Shown: positions 26,353-35,200 of the stretch, piece after piece
Numbering within the stretch: the stretch's first letter is position 1
How the letters are laid out: every line of letters begins with the position of its first letter
Source: a virus
Lineage: Duplodnaviria; Caudoviricetes
Length of the DNA stretch: 38,983 bases
IMG/VR virus record: IMGVR_UViG_3300037634_001203
Location: 1-38,983 of that record
Direction: 5' to 3' (one strand)
The notes under the pieces: model-generated
The model's input: only the letters and a program-made list of their open reading frames with translations
What the model was told of the DNA's origin: nothing
Databases searched by the model: none
Made by a program: the position numbers and the translations under genes

Positions 26353-26646
26353 ATGATATTAGATGCAGGTACAACTACAGTAACTACAGCAGGTACAGAA
26401 GTACAGATATCTAACACTACTAATAGAGTAAGGTGGATAAAGGCTAAAGCATTAGCTGCTAACAGTGGAATTACTTACTTTGGTGTAAGCGATGTGTCTG
26501 CTACCAATGGATATGAATTAAGTGCAGGGAATACTATAGAGATTAATTTCGCAGATGCAGGTGGAACTATTGAGTTTAGTACCATATATGTAGATGCAGC
26601 GACTAATGGTGATAAAGTTTCCTGGGCAGTGATATTGGATGGGTAA
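26353..26646 (+). CDS. Small beta-rich virion protein, 97 aa
   Basis: The KALAANSG...VSATNGYEL pattern is seen in small phage structural proteins. Confidence 0.65.
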   Translation: MILDAGTTTVTTAGTEVQISNTTNRVRWIKAKALAANSGITYFGVSDVSATNGYELSAGNTIEINFADAGGTIEFSTIYVDAATNGDKVSWAVILDG

Positions 26647-27044
26647 TGGTTACCAAAGCTGATATAATGAATCCTCCTTCAGGCTGGGAGGGAAGTAGGC
26701 CAGAATGGATGTTTTATGCTAGTTTGATACAATTAGGGTATCAACCAGGTGATGATTTCATATATCAATCACCGTTACTTGGTGGTAGACTTGATAAAGG
26801 TGGATGGATCATTGACTTTGTCTTTCACAATCCACCAGGACTTGCGGTGAATGTGCAGGGAGTGTATTATCACTACGAGTTGGGGGCTGAGACTTCGGCA
26901 AGGGATATCTTTGCCAGAGAGGCTTTAGCAGGGCAAGGAATTACATTAATATTTGTAGATGAGGATGATCTAGAGCAAGACCCAGTAGGGGTTGCTAGGG
27001 AGGCATTACAATTTAGAGACAGTTCTCGACTAGGAGGAAGATAA
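26646..27044 (+). CDS. Vsr/DUF559-like endonuclease-fold protein, 132 aa
   Basis: SRPE...FIYQ...IIDF...AVNVQGVYYH...LIFVDEDD. Confidence 0.65.
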   Translation: MVTKADIMNPPSGWEGSRPEWMFYASLIQLGYQPGDDFIYQSPLLGGRLDKGGWIIDFVFHNPPGLAVNVQGVYYHYELGAETSARDIFAREALAGQGITLIFVDEDDLEQDPVGVAREALQFRDSSRLGGR

Positions 27045-29314
27045 TGGCTAAACCAGGTTTAACTTTTGCAGGCTTTTTATATGATGATGCAGGCGATGCA
27101 ATTAATGGTGCTACTATTAATCTGTATGCCAAAAATGCTACAACAACATCTTTGGCTAACACCACTACTGATTCCAATGGCAAGTGGTCTATAAGTCATA
27201 CTCCAGCATCAGACGAAGCTGGTGAATATGATGTCCAGATCACGTCAGGAGCCTCAAAGAGGCGTTTTAAATTTGATGATGCTATCCAATTAGCATCTCT
27301 TGACGCAGAGACTCTCTCTGTAAGAGCTAATGAAGGTCAGCCAGCAGCTTCTTATATGTTTGCTGATGAGGGTGAGGATGCTGGTGATAGGTGGAGATTC
27401 CAAGTTGCTAATGGTGGAGTGATGACATTTGGTAATGACATTAACTCTCAGGGTACATATGTAACCCATGTAACAATAACTCCTAATTCTACAGTGGCAA
27501 GTTCTACTGTAGCGATAGCTGGCAACGAGACAGTTGGAGGAGATTTAACTGTTACTGGTGCTACTACCTTAAATGGTAATGTTACTTTAGGTAATGCTGC
27601 GTCAGATGTTATTACAGTCAATGGTACATTAGCAGGTGCTAATGCTTTACAATTTGAAGGTGCTACAGCAGATGGATATGAAACCACTGTATCCTTTGTA
27701 GACCCTACAGCAGATCGTACTATATATTTCCCAAATCTGGGTGGATATCTACCTGTATTAGCATCAGCTAGTACAACACAGGTTAGTGCTACTCCTGAAG
27801 AATTAAACGTATTAGATGCCGTGACGGCAGGAACAGTATCTGCTAGTTTAGGTGTGGTAGTCGATTCAAATAAAGATATAGGATCATTTAGAAATGTAAC
27901 CTTAACAGGTGAACTAGATGCTGCTACATTAGACTTATCCAGTTCTGCTGACATCGCAGGTGACTTAGTGTTATCTGGTGGTGCTGATGGAGCATTACAG
28001 TTTAGCAATGCTGGAGAGAACTCAATAAAGATACCAGACAATCAATCTAGTGCATTAATTATAGAAGAAGCTGATAATGCTTATATAACATTTGATACCA
28101 CGAATAGCTCTGAAGTTATTACTATAGCTAAAACATTAATTTTAGGAACTGTAGCCGCAGCAGGTACAGACACAGATAAATTCTTAGTATTAGACAGTTC
28201 AGGTAACGTAGATTACAGGACAGGTACACAGGTATTATCTGATATCGGTGGTGGTACAGGTGGAGGTGACATGACCTCATTCCAATTAGAAGATGATGAC
28301 GGAACTGAGGTAACAATATCTGATGCTAAAGAAGTAAAGATCATTGGATCAGGTGTTACTACTAACTGGACTGACACAGACAATGGTACTGATGGTGACC
28401 CATATGACTTAACAATCACTGTAGATGCTGCTCAAACAGGGATAACATCTATATTGGCAACAGACGTTAAGATAGGTGAAGATGACCAGACTAAGATTGA
28501 TTTTGAAACAGCAGATGAAATACATTTCTATGCTGCAAACGTAGAGCAAGTTTATCTTGGTGACAATATATTTGGGCCTCAGTCTGACAGTGATGTTGAT
28601 TTAGGTACAACTGGGGTTAGGTGGAAAGATGCTTATATAGACACCATTACAACCACAGGAGCAATAACCGCTGGTGGCATTGTAAAAACAGATGATGCTA
28701 CTGAAGCTACATCTACAACTGACGGATCGTTACAGACAGATGGTGGATTAAGTGTAGTTAAGGATGCTGTATTTGGAGATGATGTTAAATTATTAAGTGA
28801 CTCTTCTGTATTAGCCTTTGGTGCAGATGGTGACGTAACAGTTACACATGATGCAGACAAGGGTCTTGAATTAAATGACAGTACGTTCTTAGGCTTTGCA
28901 TCAGCAGCAGGTACTCCTGCTACTGACGATAAGGTACAGGGAATCGTAGTTGAGTTCTTAGCAGCAGAAGCTATAACTGCTTTCGATGCTGTATATGTAA
29001 GTACAACTACAGGTAGGGTTGGTAGAGCTGATGCTAATGACGCAGCTAAACTCCCTGCTATTGGAATAGCTATTGAAGCACAGGGATCAGCAGGAAGTTC
29101 CGTTAGAGTATTAACTCATGGAGTATACAGAGATGATGGAGGGTTTGGTGGTAATATGACTGTAGGTACTGATCTATATGTATCTGAAACACCTGGCACA
29201 TTAACTGATACTGCACCTGGAGACGATGGAGATTTCGTTCAGCTTATGGGTGTAGCAGTTGGAGTAAGAAGTGCATTTATCAATCCTGACTTAACTATCA
29301 TTGAGGTAGCTTAA
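27044..29314 (+). CDS. Tail fibre, 756 aa
   Basis: Gly/Thr/Asp-rich mosaic repeats, an N-terminal Ig-like segment and a C-terminal ADA...PAIGIA...P...VQ domain. Confidence 0.8.
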   Translation: MAKPGLTFAGFLYDDAGDAINGATINLYAKNATTTSLANTTTDSNGKWSISHTPASDEAGEYDVQITSGASKRRFKFDDAIQLASLDAETLSVRANEGQPAASYMFADEGEDAGDRWRFQVANGGVMTFGNDINSQGTYVTHVTITPNSTVASSTVAIAGNETVGGDLTVTGATTLNGNVTLGNAASDVITVNGTLAGANALQFEGATADGYETTVSFVDPTADRTIYFPNLGGYLPVLASASTTQVSATPEELNVLDAVTAGTVSASLGVVVDSNKDIGSFRNVTLTGELDAATLDLSSSADIAGDLVLSGGADGALQFSNAGENSIKIPDNQSSALIIEEADNAYITFDTTNSSEVITIAKTLILGTVAAAGTDTDKFLVLDSSGNVDYRTGTQVLSDIGGGTGGGDMTSFQLEDDDGTEVTISDAKEVKIIGSGVTTNWTDTDNGTDGDPYDLTITVDAAQTGITSILATDVKIGEDDQTKIDFETADEIHFYAANVEQVYLGDNIFGPQSDSDVDLGTTGVRWKDAYIDTITTTGAITAGGIVKTDDATEATSTTDGSLQTDGGLSVVKDAVFGDDVKLLSDSSVLAFGADGDVTVTHDADKGLELNDSTFLGFASAAGTPATDDKVQGIVVEFLAAEAITAFDAVYVSTTTGRVGRADANDAAKLPAIGIAIEAQGSAGSSVRVLTHGVYRDDGGFGGNMTVGTDLYVSETPGTLTDTAPGDDGDFVQLMGVAVGVRSAFINPDLTIIEVA

Positions 29315-30378
29315 TGGCTGAGATAGAAAAGGTTATGAATATAGCCTTAGATGACATAGAGAAGTTGATGAATATTGGTGGTGATGATATTGAGAAGGTT
29401 AACGACCTTGAATATGTCACAGAGGTAGTGTGGTATGGAAGTAGAGGCTTATCTATTGGTGGTACAATTAATTCCAGTCCTTATCATACAGCAATTGAAT
29501 ACAAAGCTATAACTTCTACGGGAAATACAGCAGACTTTGGTGATGTTGACAATTACGGAACATATGGTAATTTATACGATATTGCAACTGGTAGCAATAC
29601 ATCTAGAGGTGTATTTATGGGTGGTTACGCTTCAAACTGGAGTAACAATGAATCTGCTGCTGCTGGAGAGAGAAATTATATCCATCATATTACTGTTGGT
29701 TCCCTTGGAAATAGTACCAATGCTGCTGATTTGACTCTAGCAAGGAAGCTATGTGTAGGTTCAACTAATGGTACTACGCAGTTAGTTGCTAGTGGTGGTG
29801 CTGCAGGATCAAATGTTGTCGATTATTTTACCATCGCATCTATTTCTAATGCTTCTGATTTCGGTGATCTGTATGCAGCTACAACTTACATGGTTGGAAG
29901 TATAAACAATGCAACCAGAGCTGTTTTTGGAACTGGTTATACTTCTGGTGACGCAACTGGTACTGGAAGAATGGATTATTTTACTATTGCAAGTACAGGA
30001 GATGCCTCAGACTTTGGAGATATGAATGATGGAAGTATATCGTTAGGAAGAAGTGGGAATGGAGGGCTAGAGAGTGATACTAGAGGTGTGTTTATGGGAG
30101 GAAGGGATGTTTCTGCAACAGCAGAGCGAGACTATATTATGTATATAACTGTTGGGTCTACTGGAGATGCTACTGATTTCGGAAATTTGATAGCAGCTTC
30201 TGAAGGTTCTGGAAGTGCTTGTACTAGTAATGGCACTAAAGGAGAGGCCTATGGTTATTACGATACTGGGCGAAATGACAGTATTCAATCTATAACTATT
30301 GCAAGTGCTGGTAACGCTGCTGATAATGGTAATTTATTAGATTCAACAACTCAAAACGGGGTTTTATCAGGAACTTAA
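29314..30378 (+). CDS. Six-repeat Kelch-like beta-propeller protein, putative adhesin, 354 aa
   Basis: Six repeats of RGVFxGG...YITIASTGNAxDFGDL. Confidence 0.75.
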   Translation: MAEIEKVMNIALDDIEKLMNIGGDDIEKVNDLEYVTEVVWYGSRGLSIGGTINSSPYHTAIEYKAITSTGNTADFGDVDNYGTYGNLYDIATGSNTSRGVFMGGYASNWSNNESAAAGERNYIHHITVGSLGNSTNAADLTLARKLCVGSTNGTTQLVASGGAAGSNVVDYFTIASISNASDFGDLYAATTYMVGSINNATRAVFGTGYTSGDATGTGRMDYFTIASTGDASDFGDMNDGSISLGRSGNGGLESDTRGVFMGGRDVSATAERDYIMYITVGSTGDATDFGNLIAASEGSGSACTSNGTKGEAYGYYDTGRNDSIQSITIASAGNAADNGNLLDSTTQNGVLSGT

Positions 30379-30379
30379 T

Positions 30380-31204
30380 ATGGATAGTAATAAGATAGAA
30401 AAACCTGAAGAAGGTATAAGTAAAGGTATTATAAAATTAACTGAGTCAATGAATGGCTTGGCTACTATGGACTCTGACAAGATAGCTAAAGTATCTGAAC
30501 GAATGGTTGAGATAGATAGGGCTATTAATACACTAGGTCGTAGAAATACTCAAAGTACAACTCAGTTAATGACTCTTAATATGTTAACTGATTCACCTTA
30601 CAGAAGATTGCGACAATGTGTTGTAGAGATAGATAAAAAGAGAGAAGCACTAGAATCAAATTACTATGGTTTACGCAAGTCTGAAATAGAAGTAAGGAAA
30701 TGGGAGGAAGAAGGTGATGAATTATCTTTAATTAAAGCAGAAGAAGCAAGGGCTGGTGTTAAAAGATCAAAGATATATATTGATGGTGCTTTAAAAGAGA
30801 TAGCTGTATTACAGGAAGCATATGATGAGATTAGAAAGAATAATAATATACCTGAAGAATGGGATGAGATGGATGCAGAGATGGATGAAATCAGGCATCA
30901 CTTACGACAGGCTTTCAGGCAGTCACATAGAGATATGATGTTTTCTGGAAAAATCCAACAAGGAAATGCAGAGTATCTCGAACAATATGGTGTACATTTA
31001 CAAACTGCAACAGATGTTATTGGCAAATATATTGCCACTTGTGACAAGTTATTAGAAGAAGGCATAGTTCCAAACATTAATCATTTCTATGAGTTCTTAG
31101 ATAAAGCAGTAGAAGTATTTGGTGAGGAATATAAGAACGTGATGAAACATATGGGGTTAGATAATATTGTTAGGCAAGAGTTCTTGTATAGGAGTACAAA
31201 ATAA
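30380..31204 (+). CDS. Coiled-coil protein, 274 aa
   Basis: SPYRRLRQ motif; helical and charged. Confidence 0.8.
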   Translation: MDSNKIEKPEEGISKGIIKLTESMNGLATMDSDKIAKVSERMVEIDRAINTLGRRNTQSTTQLMTLNMLTDSPYRRLRQCVVEIDKKREALESNYYGLRKSEIEVRKWEEEGDELSLIKAEEARAGVKRSKIYIDGALKEIAVLQEAYDEIRKNNNIPEEWDEMDAEMDEIRHHLRQAFRQSHRDMMFSGKIQQGNAEYLEQYGVHLQTATDVIGKYIATCDKLLEEGIVPNINHFYEFLDKAVEVFGEEYKNVMKHMGLDNIVRQEFLYRSTK

Positions 31205-31491
31205 TGGCAGTTATAAGATACAGTTTAGATAGTGGTTCTATTCCTGATTACATTTCTGATGGTGGTTATTTTCTAAATTCTGCTGATGATACTATGATAG
31301 GGGTTGGTAGTGGTGGAGGAACTGTTATTGCTGGACAATCAGATTTGGTTACTTATGTACTATCTATTCATGCTAGTTATCCAATTAAAAAGCTTGATGG
31401 AGACTCAAATCCTGTAAACATGACAAATGCAGAAGTTACAACACTAGTAAATGATTGGTGTACAAATAGAGATGGAAACTATAAGTATTAA
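31204..31491 (+). CDS. Hypothetical protein, 95 aa
   Basis: ORF track; IPDYISDGGY; coupled to the previous gene. Confidence 0.8.
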   Translation: MAVIRYSLDSGSIPDYISDGGYFLNSADDTMIGVGSGGGTVIAGQSDLVTYVLSIHASYPIKKLDGDSNPVNMTNAEVTTLVNDWCTNRDGNYKY

Positions 31492-31504
31492 ATAGGAGGC
31501 AGAC

Positions 31505-31741
31505 ATGAATTTTATAAAGAAGCTACTAACTAAGACATACTATCCTGAAGGTACTTGCTTCCAGATTCATTCTCAGAAAGAAAGAGATGATCTGGGATTC
31601 ATAGAGTCATATAAGGATCAAATGCCATATATCAAGAAGATGATTACCACGATTGAGGGTAACATGAAGAATGGCAAGATATCTAAGAAGGAACATAACG
31701 CAGAGCTGCAACACTACTGGGCGTTTAGAAAGTCATTCTAA
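31505..31741 (+). CDS. Hypothetical protein, 78 aa
   Basis: ORF track; RBS AGGAGG. Confidence 0.8.
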   Translation: MNFIKKLLTKTYYPEGTCFQIHSQKERDDLGFIESYKDQMPYIKKMITTIEGNMKNGKISKKEHNAELQHYWAFRKSF

Positions 31742-32194
31742 ATGTTTGAGTATAGAGTCAAGATCACGAGGGTTGTAGATGGCGATACTGTAGATGCAGA
31801 GTTGGACTTAGGGTTCAACATAAAATACAAAGAACGCATTCGCTTAATGGCGATAGATACACCAGAGTCCAGGACTAGGAATAAGGTTGAGAAGAAACTA
31901 GGGCTTAAATCGAAAGCTAGGCTCAAAGAACTCATATCAATACATAAGGGTAATATCGTTTTAAGAACATCTAAAGAAGGTAAGGGTAAGTTTGGAAGGA
32001 TACTTGGCACACTGGTTGTGTCTGATAATGGAGTCGAAGTTAGTCTTAATGATATACTTATAGCCGAAGGACATGCCAGGGCTTATTTTGGTGGCAAAAA
32101 GAACAAGCTTGGTGAATGGACTAAGCAAGATCCTGTTACTAAGATATGGTCTAGGTGGACTTCAGAGGGTTATGTAATTATAGAAGATCAATAG
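31742..32194 (+). CDS. Thermonuclease (staphylococcal nuclease-like)
   Basis: RVVDGDT, RIRLMAIDTPE and GKFGRILG motifs; no signal peptide. Confidence 0.92.
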   Translation: MFEYRVKITRVVDGDTVDAELDLGFNIKYKERIRLMAIDTPESRTRNKVEKKLGLKSKARLKELISIHKGNIVLRTSKEGKGKFGRILGTLVVSDNGVEVSLNDILIAEGHARAYFGGKKNKLGEWTKQDPVTKIWSRWTSEGYVIIEDQ

Positions 32195-32206
32195 GAAGGC
32201 AGGACT

Positions 32207-32386
32207 ATGAATATGGGAAAGCTAAGACCACAAATACTTGTAGCTATACTTTGTGCAACTATCTTCAGTATGTTCGGTTTATGGGTGGGGCTACAAATGG
32301 TAGCCACAGAAATCATCACAGCTATTGTTGGTGGCATATTTGGATTCTTAGGTGGTGTTTCATTAAAGGTATTAGAGAATGAGTAA
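32207..32386 (+). CDS. Two-TM holin-like membrane protein, 59/57 aa (MNMGKLRPQILVAIL...LKVLENE), not in the ORF track
   Basis: Translated by hand; two hydrophobic segments, a basic N-terminus and a charged C-terminus; two in-frame ATGs (32207, 32213). Confidence 0.7.
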   Translation: MNMGKLRPQILVAILCATIFSMFGLWVGLQMVATEIITAIVGGIFGFLGGVSLKVLENE

Positions 32387-32642
32387 CCCCATTGAAGAAC
32401 AAGTAGCAAAGTTAAATCCAGAGGCATTAACTGCTGATGGGTATGACAGGTCTATGAAGGGTATTGCTTATCGTGACGGCAGAGCTGTCGTATTGTATTC
32501 AAGTGACAAGTGTATAGAGCAGTTAATGGAAGATAACGACTGGTCGTCTGAGGAAGCTGTGGATTGGTTTTGTTTCAACACTGAATCCACCTGGGCAGGA
32601 GAAAACACACCTATTTTTGAATGGGATGAATCGGAGGAATAA
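32379..32642 (+). CDS. Conserved acidic phage protein, 87 aa
   Basis: ADGYD...EEAVDWFCFN...WAGENTPIF motif. Confidence 0.85.
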   Translation: MSNPIEEQVAKLNPEALTADGYDRSMKGIAYRDGRAVVLYSSDKCIEQLMEDNDWSSEEAVDWFCFNTESTWAGENTPIFEWDESEE

Positions 32643-32644
32643 TA

Positions 32645-33727
32645 ATGAAGAAGTTTCAACCGAATGCATTAGATAAACGAAACAAGATGGTTAAGGTAAA
32701 GAAGCCTTCTTTTTTTAAGAGGTTATTATCTGGTATTGTTTCTGTTATTACTTATCCATTTAAGATGGCATGGAGAGGAATAGTATCAGGTGCTAAAGCA
32801 CTGTATAAGTCTCCAGTAACCACGTACAAAGCCATTGTTAGGTTCAGAGACTCTTTCATAGCAAAGGTACAGTATCTTGAGTCAGAATCAGCTAAGTGGA
32901 AAACTGCTTTTAAGATAGTTAAGATGCCATACACATTATTACTTTCGTTAGGGTTCTCGCCGCAGATGGCCATGACTCTTATTATGGGAGCATCTGTAGC
33001 TGGTGGTGGAGTAGTGGTTAACGAAACATTACTTGCTGAAAGATCATTTGCCAGAGGCGATTCAGGAGTATACACTGCACCTTCAGATGTCCCTACTGAA
33101 TACTCAGACGAGAACAATACGTTAAGATTAGATTTAGGCACTACTCCTGTAGGGGAGATAGTAATAGAGAACATAACTTTGGGAACTGCGTACCCGAACT
33201 CAGCTTTGCCGTCGGGTGAAACCAATGTAATTATAGTAGGTGGCTTACCTACAGCAAATAATTTTACTGCTACATGGTTAGAAGTAGGACATCTTATAAT
33301 AGATAGATGGAGATGTACTAAGCTAACTCTTGCTGAGATAGAAGTACATACTTTAAATGTAACCTATAATACTAGTGATGGGCAATCTATTGCTCCAGTT
33401 GCGGGGACTCCTAGAAATAGAGGTATAGGTGGTGGAAATCGTGCAGATGACATGAAAACATCAGGCGGCCTCTGGGATCAATTAAAAATTACAGCCCCAA
33501 CCAGCGGGGTGAACGGCAAGGTAGATGTTTTGCGAATTTCCAACGTGCTGAGTAAGGGAGGTTCCTGTGAGATTTCTAGAATAAAGGCTGGAACTATTGA
33601 TGTTAATTTGAACACTATAGGTAATGGAGATGGACTTTCCGCAAAGGACTTTACTATAGCAACCAGTGTAATCTACAAGAACTTTAATAACATAGATAAC
33701 GTAGAAGAACTAATCAGTCCTCCGTAA
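32645..33727 (+). CDS. Membrane-anchored protein with a beta-rich C-terminal domain, 360 aa
   Basis: Basic amphipathic N-terminus, hydrophobic LLLSLGFSPQMAMTLIMGASVAGGGVVV, then a Gly/Thr/Ile-rich domain. Confidence 0.75.
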   Translation: MKKFQPNALDKRNKMVKVKKPSFFKRLLSGIVSVITYPFKMAWRGIVSGAKALYKSPVTTYKAIVRFRDSFIAKVQYLESESAKWKTAFKIVKMPYTLLLSLGFSPQMAMTLIMGASVAGGGVVVNETLLAERSFARGDSGVYTAPSDVPTEYSDENNTLRLDLGTTPVGEIVIENITLGTAYPNSALPSGETNVIIVGGLPTANNFTATWLEVGHLIIDRWRCTKLTLAEIEVHTLNVTYNTSDGQSIAPVAGTPRNRGIGGGNRADDMKTSGGLWDQLKITAPTSGVNGKVDVLRISNVLSKGGSCEISRIKAGTIDVNLNTIGNGDGLSAKDFTIATSVIYKNFNNIDNVEELISPP

Positions 33728-34009
33728 TCAATCCTTTTTCCCGAACACACTTCCTGTTAATAAAGCACCGAAAGATAGATGAAATATTCCACCTCCCTTT
33801 AATGTGAAGGGTTCATGTTGTGATACAAGTTTCTTTAAATATTCCATTTGTACTAAAGGGTCTTCAATTGCTTGTAGGTGACTCATATAATCAGCTAAGT
33901 CCAATCCCATCCTTGCAATCCCATAATAGATAGGCACGAACATAAAGTCATATACGCAGATCACTAGATATACAATCAAAGCTGTCCATCTCCATCGCAT
34001 GATATTCAT
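33728..34009 (-). CDS. Holin-like membrane protein (3TM/GTA-holin-like), 93 aa
   Basis: WRW...VYLVICVYDFMFVP and PFTLKGGGIFHLSFGALL. Confidence 0.6.
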   Translation of the reverse strand: MNIMRWRWTALIVYLVICVYDFMFVPIYYGIARMGLDLADYMSHLQAIEDPLVQMEYLKKLVSQHEPFTLKGGGIFHLSFGALLTGSVFGKKD

Positions 34010-34013
34010 TTAA

Positions 34014-34139
34014 TCATTTCTCCCAAGGTATACTTTTGATCATAGCCTTTAGTTCGTAGTAGCTTTTGATCCTAGAGATCGAGAGTGCTAGTAGCACTAA
34101 TCCTGCTAACCCTATGACTGCCTTCATTGTTCGTTTCAT
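34014..34139 (-). CDS. Single-TM micropeptide, 41 aa (MKRTMKAVIGLAGLVLLALSISR...), not in the ORF track
   Basis: Translated by hand; ATGA overlap with the rusA stop; RBS GAGGAG. Confidence 0.65.
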   Translation of the reverse strand: MKRTMKAVIGLAGLVLLALSISRIKSYYELKAMIKSIPWEK

Positions 34140-34603
34140 GTTTGCTCCTCAAATTCGAATACAACTTTTGGTTCATCTACATTTGATTTGTAATACAGCT
34201 TGATACAGGTGATTATGTTCGCTGAGTCATCTTCTACTATAACCCCTGTTGTAGCATCTATATATCCCTTTTGCGACCCCAATAATCCATCGAGGTCTAT
34301 CTTGCGTTTATTCTTGCTATAGAATGTGATGGTTAATGATATAGGGGGTTCGAGAAGAGTGTCAGGTTCACCTATTTCTTCAATAAGTTCTGTCATTATC
34401 TCTGCTTGTTCTTGCTTTATCTTATTTTCTATTAATCTATACATAGTTCTCTTGTTGTTAGGCGACAATCTGTAATCAATTCCTGTCTGCTTTTTCCCTA
34501 CAATCTTCTCAGCTATTTCAGCAGGTAACTCGTGTATTTCATTTTTATTATCTTCGCTGAAATATATTGCAGGGATAACTATTTTGTAGGTATGGGGGCA
34601 CAT
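34136..34603 (-). CDS. rusA: RusA-like Holliday junction resolvase
   Basis: LSPN...LTITFY...RKIDLDG...KGYIDA...IVEDDS matches the RusA acidic motifs. Confidence 0.8.
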   Translation of the reverse strand: MCPHTYKIVIPAIYFSEDNKNEIHELPAEIAEKIVGKKQTGIDYRLSPNNKRTMYRLIENKIKQEQAEIMTELIEEIGEPDTLLEPPISLTITFYSKNKRKIDLDGLLGSQKGYIDATTGVIVEDDSANIITCIKLYYKSNVDEPKVVFEFEEQT

Positions 34604-35199
34604 ATGCTACACCTCAGTATGTTGTAATGTTCTCCTATTTGGGGGCACTTCCCTTTTGCCCTACCCTTTGCATATATACAGCGATCATCGTTATACAAAT
34701 CTCTTAACTCCTGTTCCATATCTATCCACTTCTCGGCCAGTTCTGCAACTTCCCATTCCTTTACAGTTCCTATGTTTACAGGGTTACCATTTGCATCATG
34801 GTTTTCTCCGTTTAGTTTACATAACAGGGTATGATTTTCACGTAACCAGGCTCTTCTTGTTTCCATTTCTTTTTCATTCTCCTTTGTAAAATCTGACTCG
34901 TATTGTTTTGTACTTTTAGTTCCAGGATGTTGGTTTGCAAATCGTTTGTAAGAATGAATCATTCTCGTAATGTATTCATCCTTTGTCTCTCCTCTGAACC
35001 CACCTAACTTACCTTCTTCTATTTTTTCTTTGACTCTTGTGTCTGTAAGTTCGTATCCAGTTACTCTCCATTTAGAGCTTTGTAGCTTCTTTAGAGTCTT
35101 AGCAGGGTTATGCTCTGGGGTGCTTCTCCTGATTCTTCCTTGTAATCTAACGAACAAGGCTTCAAATATATCAGGTAACTTATGTTCATTTTTCTCCAT
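34579..35199 (-). CDS. Hypothetical protein in the replication module, 206 aa, with a C-terminal Cys cluster
   Basis: ORF track; lies between the primase and resolvase genes. Confidence 0.75.
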   Translation of the reverse strand: MEKNEHKLPDIFEALFVRLQGRIRRSTPEHNPAKTLKKLQSSKWRVTGYELTDTRVKEKIEEGKLGGFRGETKDEYITRMIHSYKRFANQHPGTKSTKQYESDFTKENEKEMETRRAWLRENHTLLCKLNGENHDANGNPVNIGTVKEWEVAELAEKWIDMEQELRDLYNDDRCIYAKGRAKGKCPQIGEHYNILRCSICAPIPTK

Positions 35200-35200
35200 G

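Noticed and set aside
27044-30378. Diversity-generating retroelement acting on the fibre or adhesin
   Set aside because: There is no reverse transcriptase, and I saw no template/variable repeat pair differing at adenines.
32155-32382. Track ORF 32155..32382 (+)
   Set aside because: The alternative frame 32207..32386 has SD sequences and a coherent two-TM product.
7200-33225. Minus-strand ORFs within the structural operon (e.g. 14225..14704, 23779..24336, 27448..28041, 32752..33225)
   Set aside because: These are shadow frames caused by codon bias in Ala/Gly/Thr-rich genes, with no RBS or recognisable motifs.
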